DNA of 64,000 bases from the human T2T-CHM13v2.0 reference genome, Homo sapiens: the NCBI RefSeq assembly GCF_009914755.1, contig NC_060936.1. The stretch is one strand, 5' to 3'. The number at the start of each line of letters is the position of its first letter. Within the stretch, counting starts at the first letter, position 1. Below, piece by piece: positions 30,362 to 42,787 of the stretch. The notes below the pieces were generated by a model that had not been told where the DNA came from, did no database searches, and saw only the letters and a program-made list of their open reading frames with translations. The position numbers and the translations under genes are program-made.

Positions 30362-33247
30362 TCACAGGGAAGCACTCTCTCTTTAGAGAAACACATACAT
30401 CATCATCTCTGTTAAAAGGTAGACTCGTGTGCAGACATTCAACGAAACGGCCCTTGCCTCCCACGTAAAAAGCAAATGAGGTTATTTGATTTTGTTTCTT
30501 GCTGCTCTTATGCCATGTTACAGAAGCAAATCCCTGGTAAATAAAGTGGCATTAGTCCCGGGGGTATTTATTGTTCTCTGAGAAATCTAATTACTGTAGA
30601 TTTTTCCTTCACTATTCTCCAAGATTTTCTAAGTTAAAGGCTAAAGTGGATGCCAATTAGATGGCTCTTGACGGTATTACTAAAAATATTATTTACGACC
30701 TAATATAAAGTTATGTGTATTTCTCTGCCTCAAACACTAAACTGATGCTAATTTAGTATTGATTAGGGAAAGACCAGGGCAGAGATTATCGCTTTGTTCC
30801 ATTTAAGGCTCTTTTCATGGCTGGATTCAGGTGAATGGGAGAAAAAAGTCTTCCTTTTTAGTTGTGCTGCCTGAGACGTATTGAGCTCTCTGCCCCAGAA
30901 ATAACTTTTGAGAGGCTATAAGAGGGATTCAAGTTCCTAACTAAGCCAAAAAGTGTAGAAGGATGTAAAATTCAGAGAGGGTGGAATAAAAGAAGAGTAG
31001 ATGAGAGACATTCTACTTTGGGGTTTGATGGGTTTGTTTGGTGCAGAGCAAATCTACCACTGGGAAAAACTAAGAAAATTGGAAACATTTTTTTAAAAAC
31101 CTGATGGCATTGGGGAGCTACTGAGACATCCAGTATATGAGGAGCAGGATGCCAGAGGGATCAGAAACTTATCAGGGTGAAACTGACATTTTCACTTTTT
31201 TCCTTCAAGAATTTGCTGGTTATAAGCAGCATGGAATAACAGGTTGAGAAGTCAAACAGAAATCCTCACAGAAAACATGCAGTAGACAGGGTTTTAGATA
31301 GTCCCAGGAGGCTGAAAAAATAAAAGTGGAATGCAGGGTTACTAAGGTAATTAGAACATGAAAGGCCAAGATTCAGGAAAGAAGGGAAACGCAGAGACGC
31401 AAGTGCAGTTCTATCAGTCTCAATGTTGTTTGCAATGCCTGACTTGCAGAGAGTGAGAAATTCTACTGGAAGCTTCCTCACAGGGGCTGAGCAATTAAAT
31501 CAAGTTATCAGTACACTCACAAGGGGAAGACAAAAATTGGACCTAAGGCTCTTCTACAACCTTAGTAAACTGAATTTGTCTCTTTATTTCATCCTAGTAA
31601 CAAGGTCATAAGAAATGAGGAGGTACGGTAATAACCACTTCAGAAAGCTAAAAGACTTAGAGAAGACAGTACTGGCTTGTTTTCAAAGGAATCTTGCCTT
31701 TTATATTATTACCAATACTTATTATGTATCTATATGTTTATATAGTTGCAAATAGACAGTGTATTTTAACAATTTTAACAAACCTTTTTATTTTTTACTA
31801 AGCTTATCATTTTATATCAAGTTTGTAATATATATATATTACTAGCATGATGACCATTTGCAGACACGTCCAATGTGAGGCAAGAGTAAAATGCAAACAC
31901 ACATGTATATGGCATGGAAATGTGCATTAGGGAAAAGTCTGGGTTTTCATTACAGATAAAACAACTATGGTACCAGAGAGACGGATTTATACCTTGATCC
32001 ACACTTACTATTATGCATTTATTAGCTCTTTGATTCAGGACATATTAACTGCTTATAGCCTTTGTTTCTCCATCCATAAAACTGGAATGTAATAATAACC
32101 ACTGCATAAGGCCATTGTTAGGGTTAAATTAAGTATTTTATGTAGACTACTAATGGCTTAGCATGGCATGTGGTAAGTATGCAGTAGATGCTTGCTGTTT
32201 TTGTTACCTATAATATGGAAAAGAAAATAACGTAATACGTGCAAAGTAGACAATACAAAGCCAGGTATGTTGAAGTTGCTTGGGTGGGATTACAATAAGG
32301 AAATTGAAGTAATTTTGGTGATGGCCTAATTTCATCTACTAAAAGTGAAAAAAAAAAAAAAAGACATACTCTTCCATATGTGGACTTTTCTGGCCTTAAA
32401 GTACTTCTCCTAATATACTGAGAACTGTGTGTATTTTCTGTTTTTAAGACATTTAAATGTGTCCACCTTGTTGCATTACAAAAGGTTCCCAGGGCCAGCC
32501 AGTGTGCAGGCTGGTAGACATAATTTCTGGCTCTTTCAAACACATGCCATTCTTCCAAACACACAACATGATTTTCTGAATGCCAAGTGGATGAATATAT
32601 GTGGCCTGGAAACATTTGCCTTACAGCATTTTAGTAACTGAATATTATGTGTCAGTATCTTGCTTAAAGTCAGGATACCAGAATTTACATCCTTGTTAGC
32701 CATAGATATACTTTTCAACAGCTTTTTAACTCCCAAAATAGTGACAACTTGCACAGCTCCTTTTTCCACAATTCTTTTGACATATTACTCATAACATACA
32801 CATCATGAGGCAAAAGTGAATTGTTATTGAATATTATTTCAATTTTAAAGCATGCTAAGAAAGAGTAAGTGTTAACTGTCTCTTTCTGTCAGTTAACTCA
32901 GACAAAAACGCTTAGAGGAATTCCCCGAGAATGGAGTCCTGAAACTAGGTAAGAGATTCCGGTTACAATAAACTGCTCTCAGAATTCCTATTTAAGGACT
33001 CATAACAAGTGTAGTTAAATAATCATTGGTGCAATTATTTTTTCCAGGGGCCATCATCAAAAACACCAAAATGAACCACAGAGAAGATGCAAATGTAGCA
33101 GGTCAGTTGGGGACTGTGGTGAACTGAGTGAGGGTGACCCAATTTCAGTGGATAGAACCATCATTCACCCCCAGCCAAGTCTTTGTATGCAGGAATGTGG
33201 CCTGGTGTTTATGAATTTTCCAAATTTTTAGGGAAACCAGACAAATT

Positions 33248-33512
<265 letters not shown>

Positions 33513-33549
33513 TAAATGTTGACAATTAATTTAGTTTAAAAATCACTGT

Positions 33550-36400
33550 GGTTGTCTATTTGCTGCTCAAAGCTCAATCGGCTATATATGCGTGTGTTTA
33601 TTTCTCACATCTCAGTTCTGTCCTCTTGGTCTATATGTCTATTTTTGTGTCAAGATCACACTGCTTTGACTACTTCAGATTTGCAGTAAGTTTGTAAATG
33701 GAAAGTGTGAGTTTGGTCACCCACCACCTTTGTGCTGACATTTGCAAATGTATTCCTTTTCCATATATTGTATATATTATTGGCCTAACTATATGTAACA
33801 ATAGATGTATGGATGGTAGATAGATTAATAGATAAGTAGATAGATTAAATAGATGGAGGATGGATGAGAGATAAGTGAAAAGATAGATGAATAGATGGTT
33901 AGATAGATCAATAGATAAAAGAGATTAGATAGATGAATAGCTAGATTACATGATGGATGAATGGATATACACACAGTGTTTTATACAATTTATTTTGTAT
34001 ACAATTATCCTTTAAATTAGTTAAGAGACAAAAGGAGAATAAATATCCTTTCATGCTATCTTTTATAATGACATAATCATCTTAACCAGTGCTGTTAGTT
34101 TGTTCATGGGAAGTTGGATTACTTTCTGTGGCCAGCAATAAATTATCTGAGTTTTTCAGTTGTTTTGTAATGCCTTTACCTTGTTTGATTTTTGAAAAAT
34201 AGTTCTGTTGGATATAAGTTTTTTTTGTCAACAGTGTTTGTTCGTTTGTTTTTACATTTAAAATATGTCATTACCTTCTAGCTTCCATTGCTTTTTGTGA
34301 GACATCATTCACTCATGTTATTGGGGTTACCTGTATGCAACAACTTGTTCTCATTTTACCTTCAAGATTGTCTTATTGTCTTAAGCTTTTAGTGTTTTTG
34401 CCGTGATGTTGCTAGCTGTAGATATCTTTGTATTTATTTTTTGTTTGTTGAGCTCCTTTGGTGGGTAGACTAATGTTTTTCAGCAAATTGGGGAGATTTT
34501 CCACCATTATTTCTTCAAGTACGTATTTGTTTTTCTTTATCACTCCTCTGTTTCCAGCACACCCATTGTGCATATGCTGGTGTCCAATAGCATCTCGCAT
34601 GTCTTTTAGATTCTAGTTATTTTTATTCATTCTTTTTTCTTTTGTTATTCAGGTTATATAACCTTGGTTGATCTATTATCAAGTTCACAGATTCTTTCTT
34701 CTTCCAGTTCATATCTACTGTTGAGCCTCTCTAGTGAATTTTTCATTTTAATGATTATTCTTTTCAAATCCAGAATTTTCATTTGGTTCTTTTTTATAAC
34801 TTTTATCTTTTTTTGAAATCATGTGGCACTGTTATCATTGTTTATTTGTTTGTGTGTGTTTGCTTTTGGTTTTATTTTCGTTTTACTTTTTAAGTTTTTT
34901 TTTTAAGTTCTGGGATACATGTGCTGAATGTGCAGGTTTGTTACGTAGGTATACATGTGCCATGGTGGTTTGCTGGACCCATCGACCCGTCATCTAGGTT
35001 TTAAGTCCTGCATGCATTAGGACAAACCCCTAATGGTTTGAACATATTTAAATCTGTCTGTTAAATTTGACATCTGGATCCTTTCACAGGAAGTTTTTGT
35101 TGCCTACGTTTCCCGCTATGTATGAGTCACACTTTCTTGTTTCAGATGTCACATCATTTGTCTTAGTTGTAAAAAATTGGACACTTTAAAGAATATATGT
35201 AGTCAATCATGATACAGATTTTCCTCTCCCCTCTCTGGGATTTGTTTTGCTAATTGTTTGCCTATTTAAGTATTGCCTAACTTATTTTGTAAAGTCTACT
35301 TCTTACCACGGTGAAGGCTTTTGTGCTCATTGCTCAGAGGGCACAGCCTTGGACATGGACAGGGTAAGCATTGGATTACTGTTGTTTAAACAAGGTTTTC
35401 TTTGAATGTTTCTTTCCTTGATCTCTCTGTTAACCTGCCTGCCTCATTTGGTTCACATCCAATTATTAGGATCCACTAATTGCTGGCTGATTATGCTGTT
35501 GTTTTCTAGAACGTCCTGGATTATATATTGCTCCACAGTCTGATGCAATTACATCTGGGCAAACTGTGGTTTTTGAGGCCATTGTTTGAGGTTTTCTTTG
35601 ACCTCAAACATATGGATTATTTATAGCAGTCACATTATCTGGTTCTCATAAGTAAACTAATTAGTTTATGTTTTAGCATGTTCTTCTTAATTATGAGGAA
35701 TTACCAGTTTATTATTTGTATACCACCAACATTTCCATTGTTTTCAAGCCCTTAGATCTGAACTTCCCCACACTCTTTTTCAAATACACTCAGTTCTTTT
35801 GGGGAAAGAGTTAGGGCTCTCTGTTCTTACACACTTCTATTCTCCCTTGGCACAATCTCTGAGCTACCACTACAAGTACTGGGTACAGCCTGTGGTTTTC
35901 TAGACTTGTCTCTCCCAACCAGAATCCTTCAGGTCGTCTAGGGCATGCCCTTCAAGACAGCCTGAAATGCCTGGCGTAAAGCTTTCATCTTAAGAGGGAA
36001 GGCCAGGCTGAGGAAGTGATCCTCTGACCTCTCAATTGTATTTACTAGCAATTTAGCCTCAACTTGAAATTAGAGGAGACATGAAATGTTGGTGGCCTGT
36101 ACCTCCCAGTGAGATAATATTCCTCGGTTGGGAGCTGAGGAAAGGGAGAGCTCTGTCTTTTTTCCTCCATATCTCTGGAGATGAGGTTCCATCTGCTGAA
36201 CTCAGGGAAAGGAGGTGGATTATGTCTTGAGTGCCTCAGACTCTTGGTATTTGGTAGGCTTTCTACAACAAATGTTTCTTCCTTTGCTGTACGCTGTTGA
36301 GACAATTGCCAGAGACTCTCCACAGCTGCTTTGTAAATAGTTTTCACCCGTAGTGCTCTTTCTTCCTCCATGGAACTCCTCATGTTGCCATCTCAGAGTC
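33550..36400 (-). mobile_element. Old L1M ORF1/5' region fragments, with (TAGA/TGGA)n at 33800-33965 and an L1PA 3' tip at 34885-35035
   Basis: T-rich antisense L1M motifs (tttcagcaaattggggagattttccaccattatttcttcaa..., ctgttgagcctctctagtgaattttt). Confidence 0.6.
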
Positions 36401-36482
36401 CTGTTAACTAAATTTTACTTGGTGCTCTACACAAAACGTAAACTTTTTATAAAGAAAAAAACATTAATTAAGGCAATTTTTA

Positions 36483-36808
<326 letters not shown>

Positions 36809-36809
36809 T

Positions 36810-38156
36810 CATAAGAGACAGTACTTTCAGGAATATAATGCTAGTTAATTCTAGAGCATAGTCACTACTTTTTTCCCTGAGGACCACAAGAAAAGGCCTT
36901 GAACCCAAAATATTAGAAAAAAAATTCAAAGAAATGATTTGGTACTTAAAATACACTCATAAGATATTCTGATAATTAGAAAAATGTATTTATTAGAGAA
37001 AATGTTAAAAAAAAAAAAGCCTAACCAAGCATCACACTTTGAATAATGAAATGTAGAAAATTATTCTTTTAAGGTTGGAGCTATTACAAGTGTGATATTT
37101 ATTACTGCTTCATTTAAATATTGGAAACACCAACCAAATAAAAGTTATCAGAAATGAAAATTTAAACATTATATTGTCATTATTAGCAGACGTATATACA
37201 GATAAAATATTAAAAACATAGGCAAGACAGGGCACAGTGGCTCAGGCCTGGAATCCCAGCACTTTGGGAGGCCGAGGCAGGCAGATCATTTGAGGCCAGG
37301 AGTTCGAGACCTGCCTGCCCAACATGGTGAAACCCTGTCTCTACCAAAAATATAAAAATTAGCCAGGCTTGGTGGTGCCCACCTGTAGTCTCAGCTACTC
37401 AGGTGGCTGAGGCAGGAGAAGTGCTCCAGCCTAGGAGGTGGAGGTTGCAGTGAGCCAAAATGGTGGTACTACACTCCAGCCTGGGCAACAGAGCGAGACT
37501 CTGTCTCAAAAAAAAAGGTAATAATAAAAATAACAAAAAAAAACCATATGCAAGACTTTTGGTTAATATTCATATATGAAAAAGGAATTAAATTTCTATA
37601 TTTTAACAACAAACACTTGGAAAATTAAAGAAAACAAAGATGAAAATGCATCAAATACTTAGGAATAAATCTTTGAAGTAAAGCTTTGGGACAGGTCTAC
37701 ACAGAAAGCTTTACCATGACTTTATTAGAGAAACAATAGAAGACCTAAATAAACAGAAAGTATATCATGCTTATAAATTGGATGGCTCAAGATCATAAAA
37801 ATGTCAGTTCTTCCCATGTGATATATAGATTCAGTTCTATTCTAATAAAGATGTGAAAGGTTGTGTGTGACTGTGTATGTTGGAAATTGACAAAATGATG
37901 ATTCTAAATTCTTGGCAACGGATCAAATGACAAGCTGATCCTAAAACTTTTGTGAAAGGCCACAAATAACAAAGTTACTTTTGTATAAAATTAATAAGGT
38001 GGAAGGACAGGGAGGTACAGAGAGGGATAAATCAGCCAGCAGTTACTTTATTTATGACAAAACCAAAACTGCAGAGCCATGCGAAAGGACCACTTTTTCA
38101 ATGAGTTACCATAGAAAAATATTGGGAAAATTGCTGACTTTTTAATTGTACCTTAC
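36810..38156 (+). mobile_element. Old L1M ORF2 fragments (host of the piggyBac insertion)
   Basis: Motifs aaatacttaggaataaatc, aagacctaaataaa, tatagattca, gacaagctgatcctaaaa. Confidence 0.6.
37226..37517 (+). mobile_element. Alu (AluS/J)
   Basis: Dimer with A tail. Confidence 0.9.
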
Positions 38157-38172
38157 TTAATTTATACCTGTT

Positions 38173-38188
38173 GTTCCATTATTGGAGC
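38173..38188. promoter_or_regulatory. PGBD3/MER85 imperfect palindrome (transposase-binding type), copy 1
   Basis: GTTCCATTATTGGAGC versus the recalled MER85 palindrome GTTCCATTATTGGAAC. Confidence 0.7.
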
Positions 38189-38526
38189 GCTAAGCATGTG
38201 GGAGTTATTTATATCCTACTCCTCAAGGTCATCACCAAGGTTTTATTTTTCACACGTCTGCCTCCTGAGGGTACATGTTATCACATGGTGCACAGCCTTA
38301 GTCACTGCTGCAGATACTGCTGTGCTGGGAGCTTGTCAAAAAGTGAAGTTAGTTTGGGAAACATTTTTGAGGAAGTATGCAAAGACAGGTACATATAACT
38401 TCACTGAATTACATCCTATACTAGTAATTTATTCTACTACTTCTCTACTAGTTATACTATTATGCTTTAAAAAGAAAATACAGAAATTATTATAGTTGCA
38501 TTAGTTATGGGTTTGGCATTTTTCAT

Positions 38527-38542
38527 GTTCCATTTTTAGAAC
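38527..38542. promoter_or_regulatory. PGBD3 internal imperfect palindrome, copy 2
   Basis: GTTCCATTTTTAGAAC followed by actaggcaaaa, forming an inverted repeat with the left terminus. Confidence 0.6.
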
Positions 38543-38567
38543 ACTAGGCAAAACCACTGCCACTAGG

Positions 38568-38596
38568 ACTAATAATACCTTTTTTTTCTGTGTTAG
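38568..38596 (+). promoter_or_regulatory. 3' splice acceptor of the PGBD3 exon trap
   Basis: actaat branch-like motif, pyrimidine tract cctttttttttctgtg, TTAG|TCCCAAGATG; same layout as the acceptor that makes CSB(ERCC6)-PGBD3. Confidence 0.7.
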
Positions 38597-38603
38597 TCCC
38601 AAG

Positions 38604-39384
38604 ATGCCTTGAACTCTAAGTTTGCATGAAATAACTGACCTTTTAGAGACAAATGACAGCATAGACTCAAGTGCTGTAGTGATACAACAACCTGAAACTG
38701 CTGCAGCACCTGTTTCTGTTGAGGACTCAGGAGATGAAGAAGGGGGGATAATAAATAATCTGCCAGGTTCTTTGTTGCACACAGTTGCATATCTTATTCA
38801 AGATGGCTCTGATGCTGAGTCTGACTCAGATGATCCCTCATACACACCTAAAGATGACTCTCCCGATGAAGTTCCATCTACCTCTACTGTGCAGCAACCT
38901 CCACCATCAAGGAGGAGGAAAGTGACAAAAATTGTTTGCAAATGGAAAAAAAGCTGACCTAACTGCGCAACTCATAGCAGCTAGAGTTACAGAACCACCA
39001 AATGATTTCTTCACCGAAATGAAACTCCCACAGAAATTCTTGAACGTTTTCTTGATGACAAGGTCGTTGAACTCATTGTCAGGTACTCCAATTTACACGC
39101 TCGAAGTAAGGGTGTACAGCGTGGCTTAACTAGCTCTGAATTCAAATGTTTCCTAGGAATTATTTTCTGAATGATTACATCTCAGTTCATAGAAGGCATA
39201 CGTTTTGGGAAAAAAGAACAGATGCACATAATATACTGGTTTGTGCTGCCATGAGATGTGACCACTTTGAAACTATATTTTCTAACTTGCATGTTGCTGA
39301 CAATGCAAATTTGGATCCAATGGACGAGTTTTCCAAGTTGCAACCTCTCATAAGCAAACGCAATGAGAGATGTATGAATTTGTT
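38604..39384 (+). pseudogene. PGBD3: PGBD3 transposase pseudogene, N-terminal half (locus number among PGBD3P copies not determined)
   Basis: ATG CCT TGA(from CGA) ACT CTA AGT TTG CAT GAA = MP*TLSLHEITDLLE...GDEEGGIINNLPGSLLH...HFETIFSNLHVADNANLDP...NERCM; one stop at codon 3 and several frameshifts. Confidence 0.93.
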
Positions 39385-40176
39385 TTCGGCCAGGTTCTGG
39401 AGGGTGACCATGGGTCTCCAGATAATGGCATCAACCAAACTCCAGAAAATCTATTGGCTTCTCATCATATGTTTTATACAATTGCCAAGCATTTTGTAAG
39501 ACCAATTCAAAACAGAACAGAAGAGGGCTTGAATGCCATTCCTTTCCATGGATAGATGCCCGATACTTATCAATGTTTTCATCAGCGCTGTCTATGCTCC
39601 CTATGCACTGGTTATACACTTTGATCATGTTTGGCTGCTGAACTTGGGTTTCTTTTTCAGTTATTCGTTATTCTGGGAATAACGATGGACAAGACACGGG
39701 GGATGGATTCCAGCACCAGAAGAGGCAACAGTGACAACACTGTTATCATTCCATCTGCAGACAAGACTGCCTTTGCCATCAATTCAATAATGGAATGTGC
39801 CTTTCTTTTTTCTTTAGAGCTACATCTAATTTCAGTGGAGCTTTCTCAATGTGATCCTTTCTCACTGTACCTGTTGCCCGATTTCCCATTGAACTGAGCT
39901 TATCAAGAAGTACAATACTGGTGAAAAAGTTATCGAATACAAAATGGTATTGTCCAGGATGTGCCTCTGTAAGTGCCTCACTAAGCTGACGGACAAGTGA
40001 CTCAACAACACCATATCCCTAATGTTTAGTATTTGGGTTTTTACCCTGATACGGCTGAAACCAGCAAATGTAGCCCAGACATATGGCACCACACCAAAAC
40101 TTATAGCCAAACAGAACGGGCTTTCCCTGAGTAAACTGCACCAGTGACGACCAAAATAAGGAACCATGGATTCGTC
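39385..40176 (-). pseudogene. PGBD3: PGBD3 transposase pseudogene, inverted catalytic half
   Basis: The minus strand reads DESMVPYFGRH..., HPGQYHFVFDNFFTS, MIKVYNQ..D.ADENIDKYRASIHGKEWHSSPLLFCFELVLQNAWQL..., CHYLETHGHPPEPGRK. Confidence 0.93.
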
Positions 40177-40244
40177 ATCACTCAGGTATTAAACCTAGTA
40201 CCTATTAGTTATTTTTCCTGATTCTCTCCCTCTTCCCACCCCCC
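40177..40244 (-). mobile_element. Short L1PA 3' UTR fragment
   Basis: atcactcaggtattaaacctagtacctattagttatttttcctgattctctccctcttcccacc is a typical antisense L1PA8-13 3' UTR stretch. Confidence 0.75.
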
Positions 40245-40249
40245 AAAAA

Positions 40250-40470
40250 GGGTTTCTTTTCTAATGGGATTACATCTCAAGTTCGTTCTTCCCATTACAT
40301 TTATTGTCATTAAATAGGATAAGTGATGTACTTTTACACTATTTTTAACATTCATATAACTTGTATTCATTACACTGAAACTCTTTTCAACTTCAGCACT
40401 GTTCATTGCAAGAGCACTTTTTTGGGGAACAGTTGCAGGAATTGGAGCATTATTTGGTTTTAAATTTTTA
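40250..40470 (-). mobile_element. hAT transposase C-terminal dimerisation-domain remnant (KIAA1586/Tip100-Zaphod-like)
   Basis: The minus strand reads KPNNAPIPATV..LAMNSAEVEKSFSVMN...VKNSVKVHHLSYLMTINVMG, fitting the hAT motif SAxxERxFSxMN...RxxL...LxxLMxI. Confidence 0.65.
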
Positions 40471-42450
40471 AATAGTGGTTGTACTTAACAGCAAGCTCAT
40501 AAAATTCTTGTTAACTGACTCTGATAAGCTGATATGAGTTGGCTTTCAGTATACCACGCTTACCAACCTTTATTTCTGCTGCCTTTATGTTGAAATGTAA
40601 GAAAACTTAGGTGTAAAAATGGCTGTGAAAATTTATTACACCATTAATTTGAAAAAAAGATGTGTAATCGTCTTTGATTATGTGTAAATTATCTCTGCTT
40701 CTTCCTGGTTTTGCATTGTTTCTATAATAGAGTAAGATACTGCACACTAATTATATATTAACAAGCACAAATTAGCTGGGGCACAAAAAAACAAATTTTT
40801 CTGTTGAATTAAGGATCACTGGGTGACTGGAGAGCTCAGTTAATGACTTCAAATAAGCACTTCTCACAGTGAATGGTGATTAATGAACAGTAAATCATTT
40901 AATAAACACCACTGGCTTTGTAATTGGAAAAGTCACTAGCCTGAGCGGCCCTCATTTAAGATTTTAAAAGTAGCAAACTGCTACTATTGAAGCCAGATTG
41001 TCTCAGGTCATATCTCAGATATGCTACTTATGTGCTGTGTGACTTTAGACAAACTATCATCCATGGGCCTTAGTGTCCTCATCTACAAAATCCATAACTT
41101 TTCCAAAGTACCTAAACATCTACACCTCTGTGGTATGAAGTAAGCAATATGCAAGTGCCAGCTTAATTGTCGTACATACAATGTATCTGTAAGGATCTTG
41201 AAAGGGACTGTGGGTCACACTCAAATGGGGAAGCAGAATTTTTAATGTGCAAGAACTCCTTAAACAGGCATTGGCAGAATCAGGGGAAGCAACAAGATAT
41301 GATGAAACACGCGAGAACTACCAAACATGGGAAGGAGTTACTGCTCAAAACTGAAAGGGCAAGAGGAAGAAGCTTTATTGTGTTCCCAGAACACAATAAG
41401 AACCTCACTGGGGGCTGTGGCCTTGGCAGAGGAAGGCAGACACCTCCAAGCTGTGACCTGGCAGGGAGGAAGTGGAGAGAATAAAATGCTTTGACTTCTC
41501 TTGCTTCTGAGCTCCAAAATTCTCCCATTGGCTGAACACAACTAGAAGGCCTCAAACAAGGAAGTTCAGCGTCCAAAGAGGTCAGCTTCCTTGTATTCTA
41601 AAGAACAGGGCAGGGTGGACAGCAGAAGAGGGAAGCAAACAGAAGGTATCTAGCAAAGAGGACACTTACTGGAAGTTTAGCTGTACCTTGTATGCAATCA
41701 ATGTGGATAAATAAAACAAATACTGCAGGACAGCCTCATTACTCTTGTTAAGAACTGGCCAGTATATACTTGTCTGTGACAGTGATTTACCATTTTTGTT
41801 TGGTTTTGAATCAGAACCAGGAATGATCATCTTATTTGAAAAGTGAACAAGAATAGTAAACTCACTAGAATTTCCATGATGCTTTATATTTAACAAATTG
41901 CTGACATCTATTAAATTATCTTTAAGCCCTATAACAACTTTGATAAGGTAGATCTTTATTTTACACATAAAGAAACTGAGGTGGGGGGAGGTTTTTTGAC
42001 AAGGGTCATTGTGACCCATTGTACAATTTTTCAGCTAATAGTTAGAGAACTTGCGGAGACCTGCAGACAATTTCGCAAAGGATTTAAGAGCACAATATCT
42101 TGAATGCCTTCATTCTCTCATCCTTTCATTGCTCATGCATGATTAGAAAGCATAGTCCACGTTCTCTTCTGCATGCTGGGGACTGAGAAGTGAACAAAAC
42201 AAAGCCTCACACCCTGTGGAGCTGATAATTAAGTGCATGACACAGACAGCAAACATAAAGATCCATACATACCCCCTGGGTCAGATAAGGTATGTGTCAA
42301 GGGGCTGGAAACAGTCGCAAATTCCTTAACATGTTTTTTTTATTAAATGTCTTCTTTAATAAAGTGATAGTTCAACAGGGACCTGAAGACAGCTAGCCAG
42401 ATGGACATATTAAGAGGAAAATTGTTTCAGATTAATTGAGACCCAAGTAA

Positions 42451-42787
<337 letters not shown>

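Larger units (their letters stand above)
38157..40176 (+). mobile_element. PGBD3-family piggyBac transposon copy: left end present, internally inverted, right end missing
   Basis: TTAA at 38157-60, then the MER85-type left end (tttatacctgttgttccattattggagcgctaagcatgtgggagttatttatatcctact...aaggtcatcaccaagg), followed by transposase remnants. Confidence 0.9.

Noticed and set aside
38604-40176. Functional piggyBac transposase gene
   Set aside because: Stop at codon 3, multiple frameshifts, inversion and a missing C-terminus.
38157-40176. Twin-primed retrotransposition as the origin of the PGBD3 inversion
   Set aside because: The topology would need an antisense transcript and a poly(T) tract plus TSD left of 38157. 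Neither is seen, and the left end sits at a TTAA in an L1M, as expected for DNA transposition.
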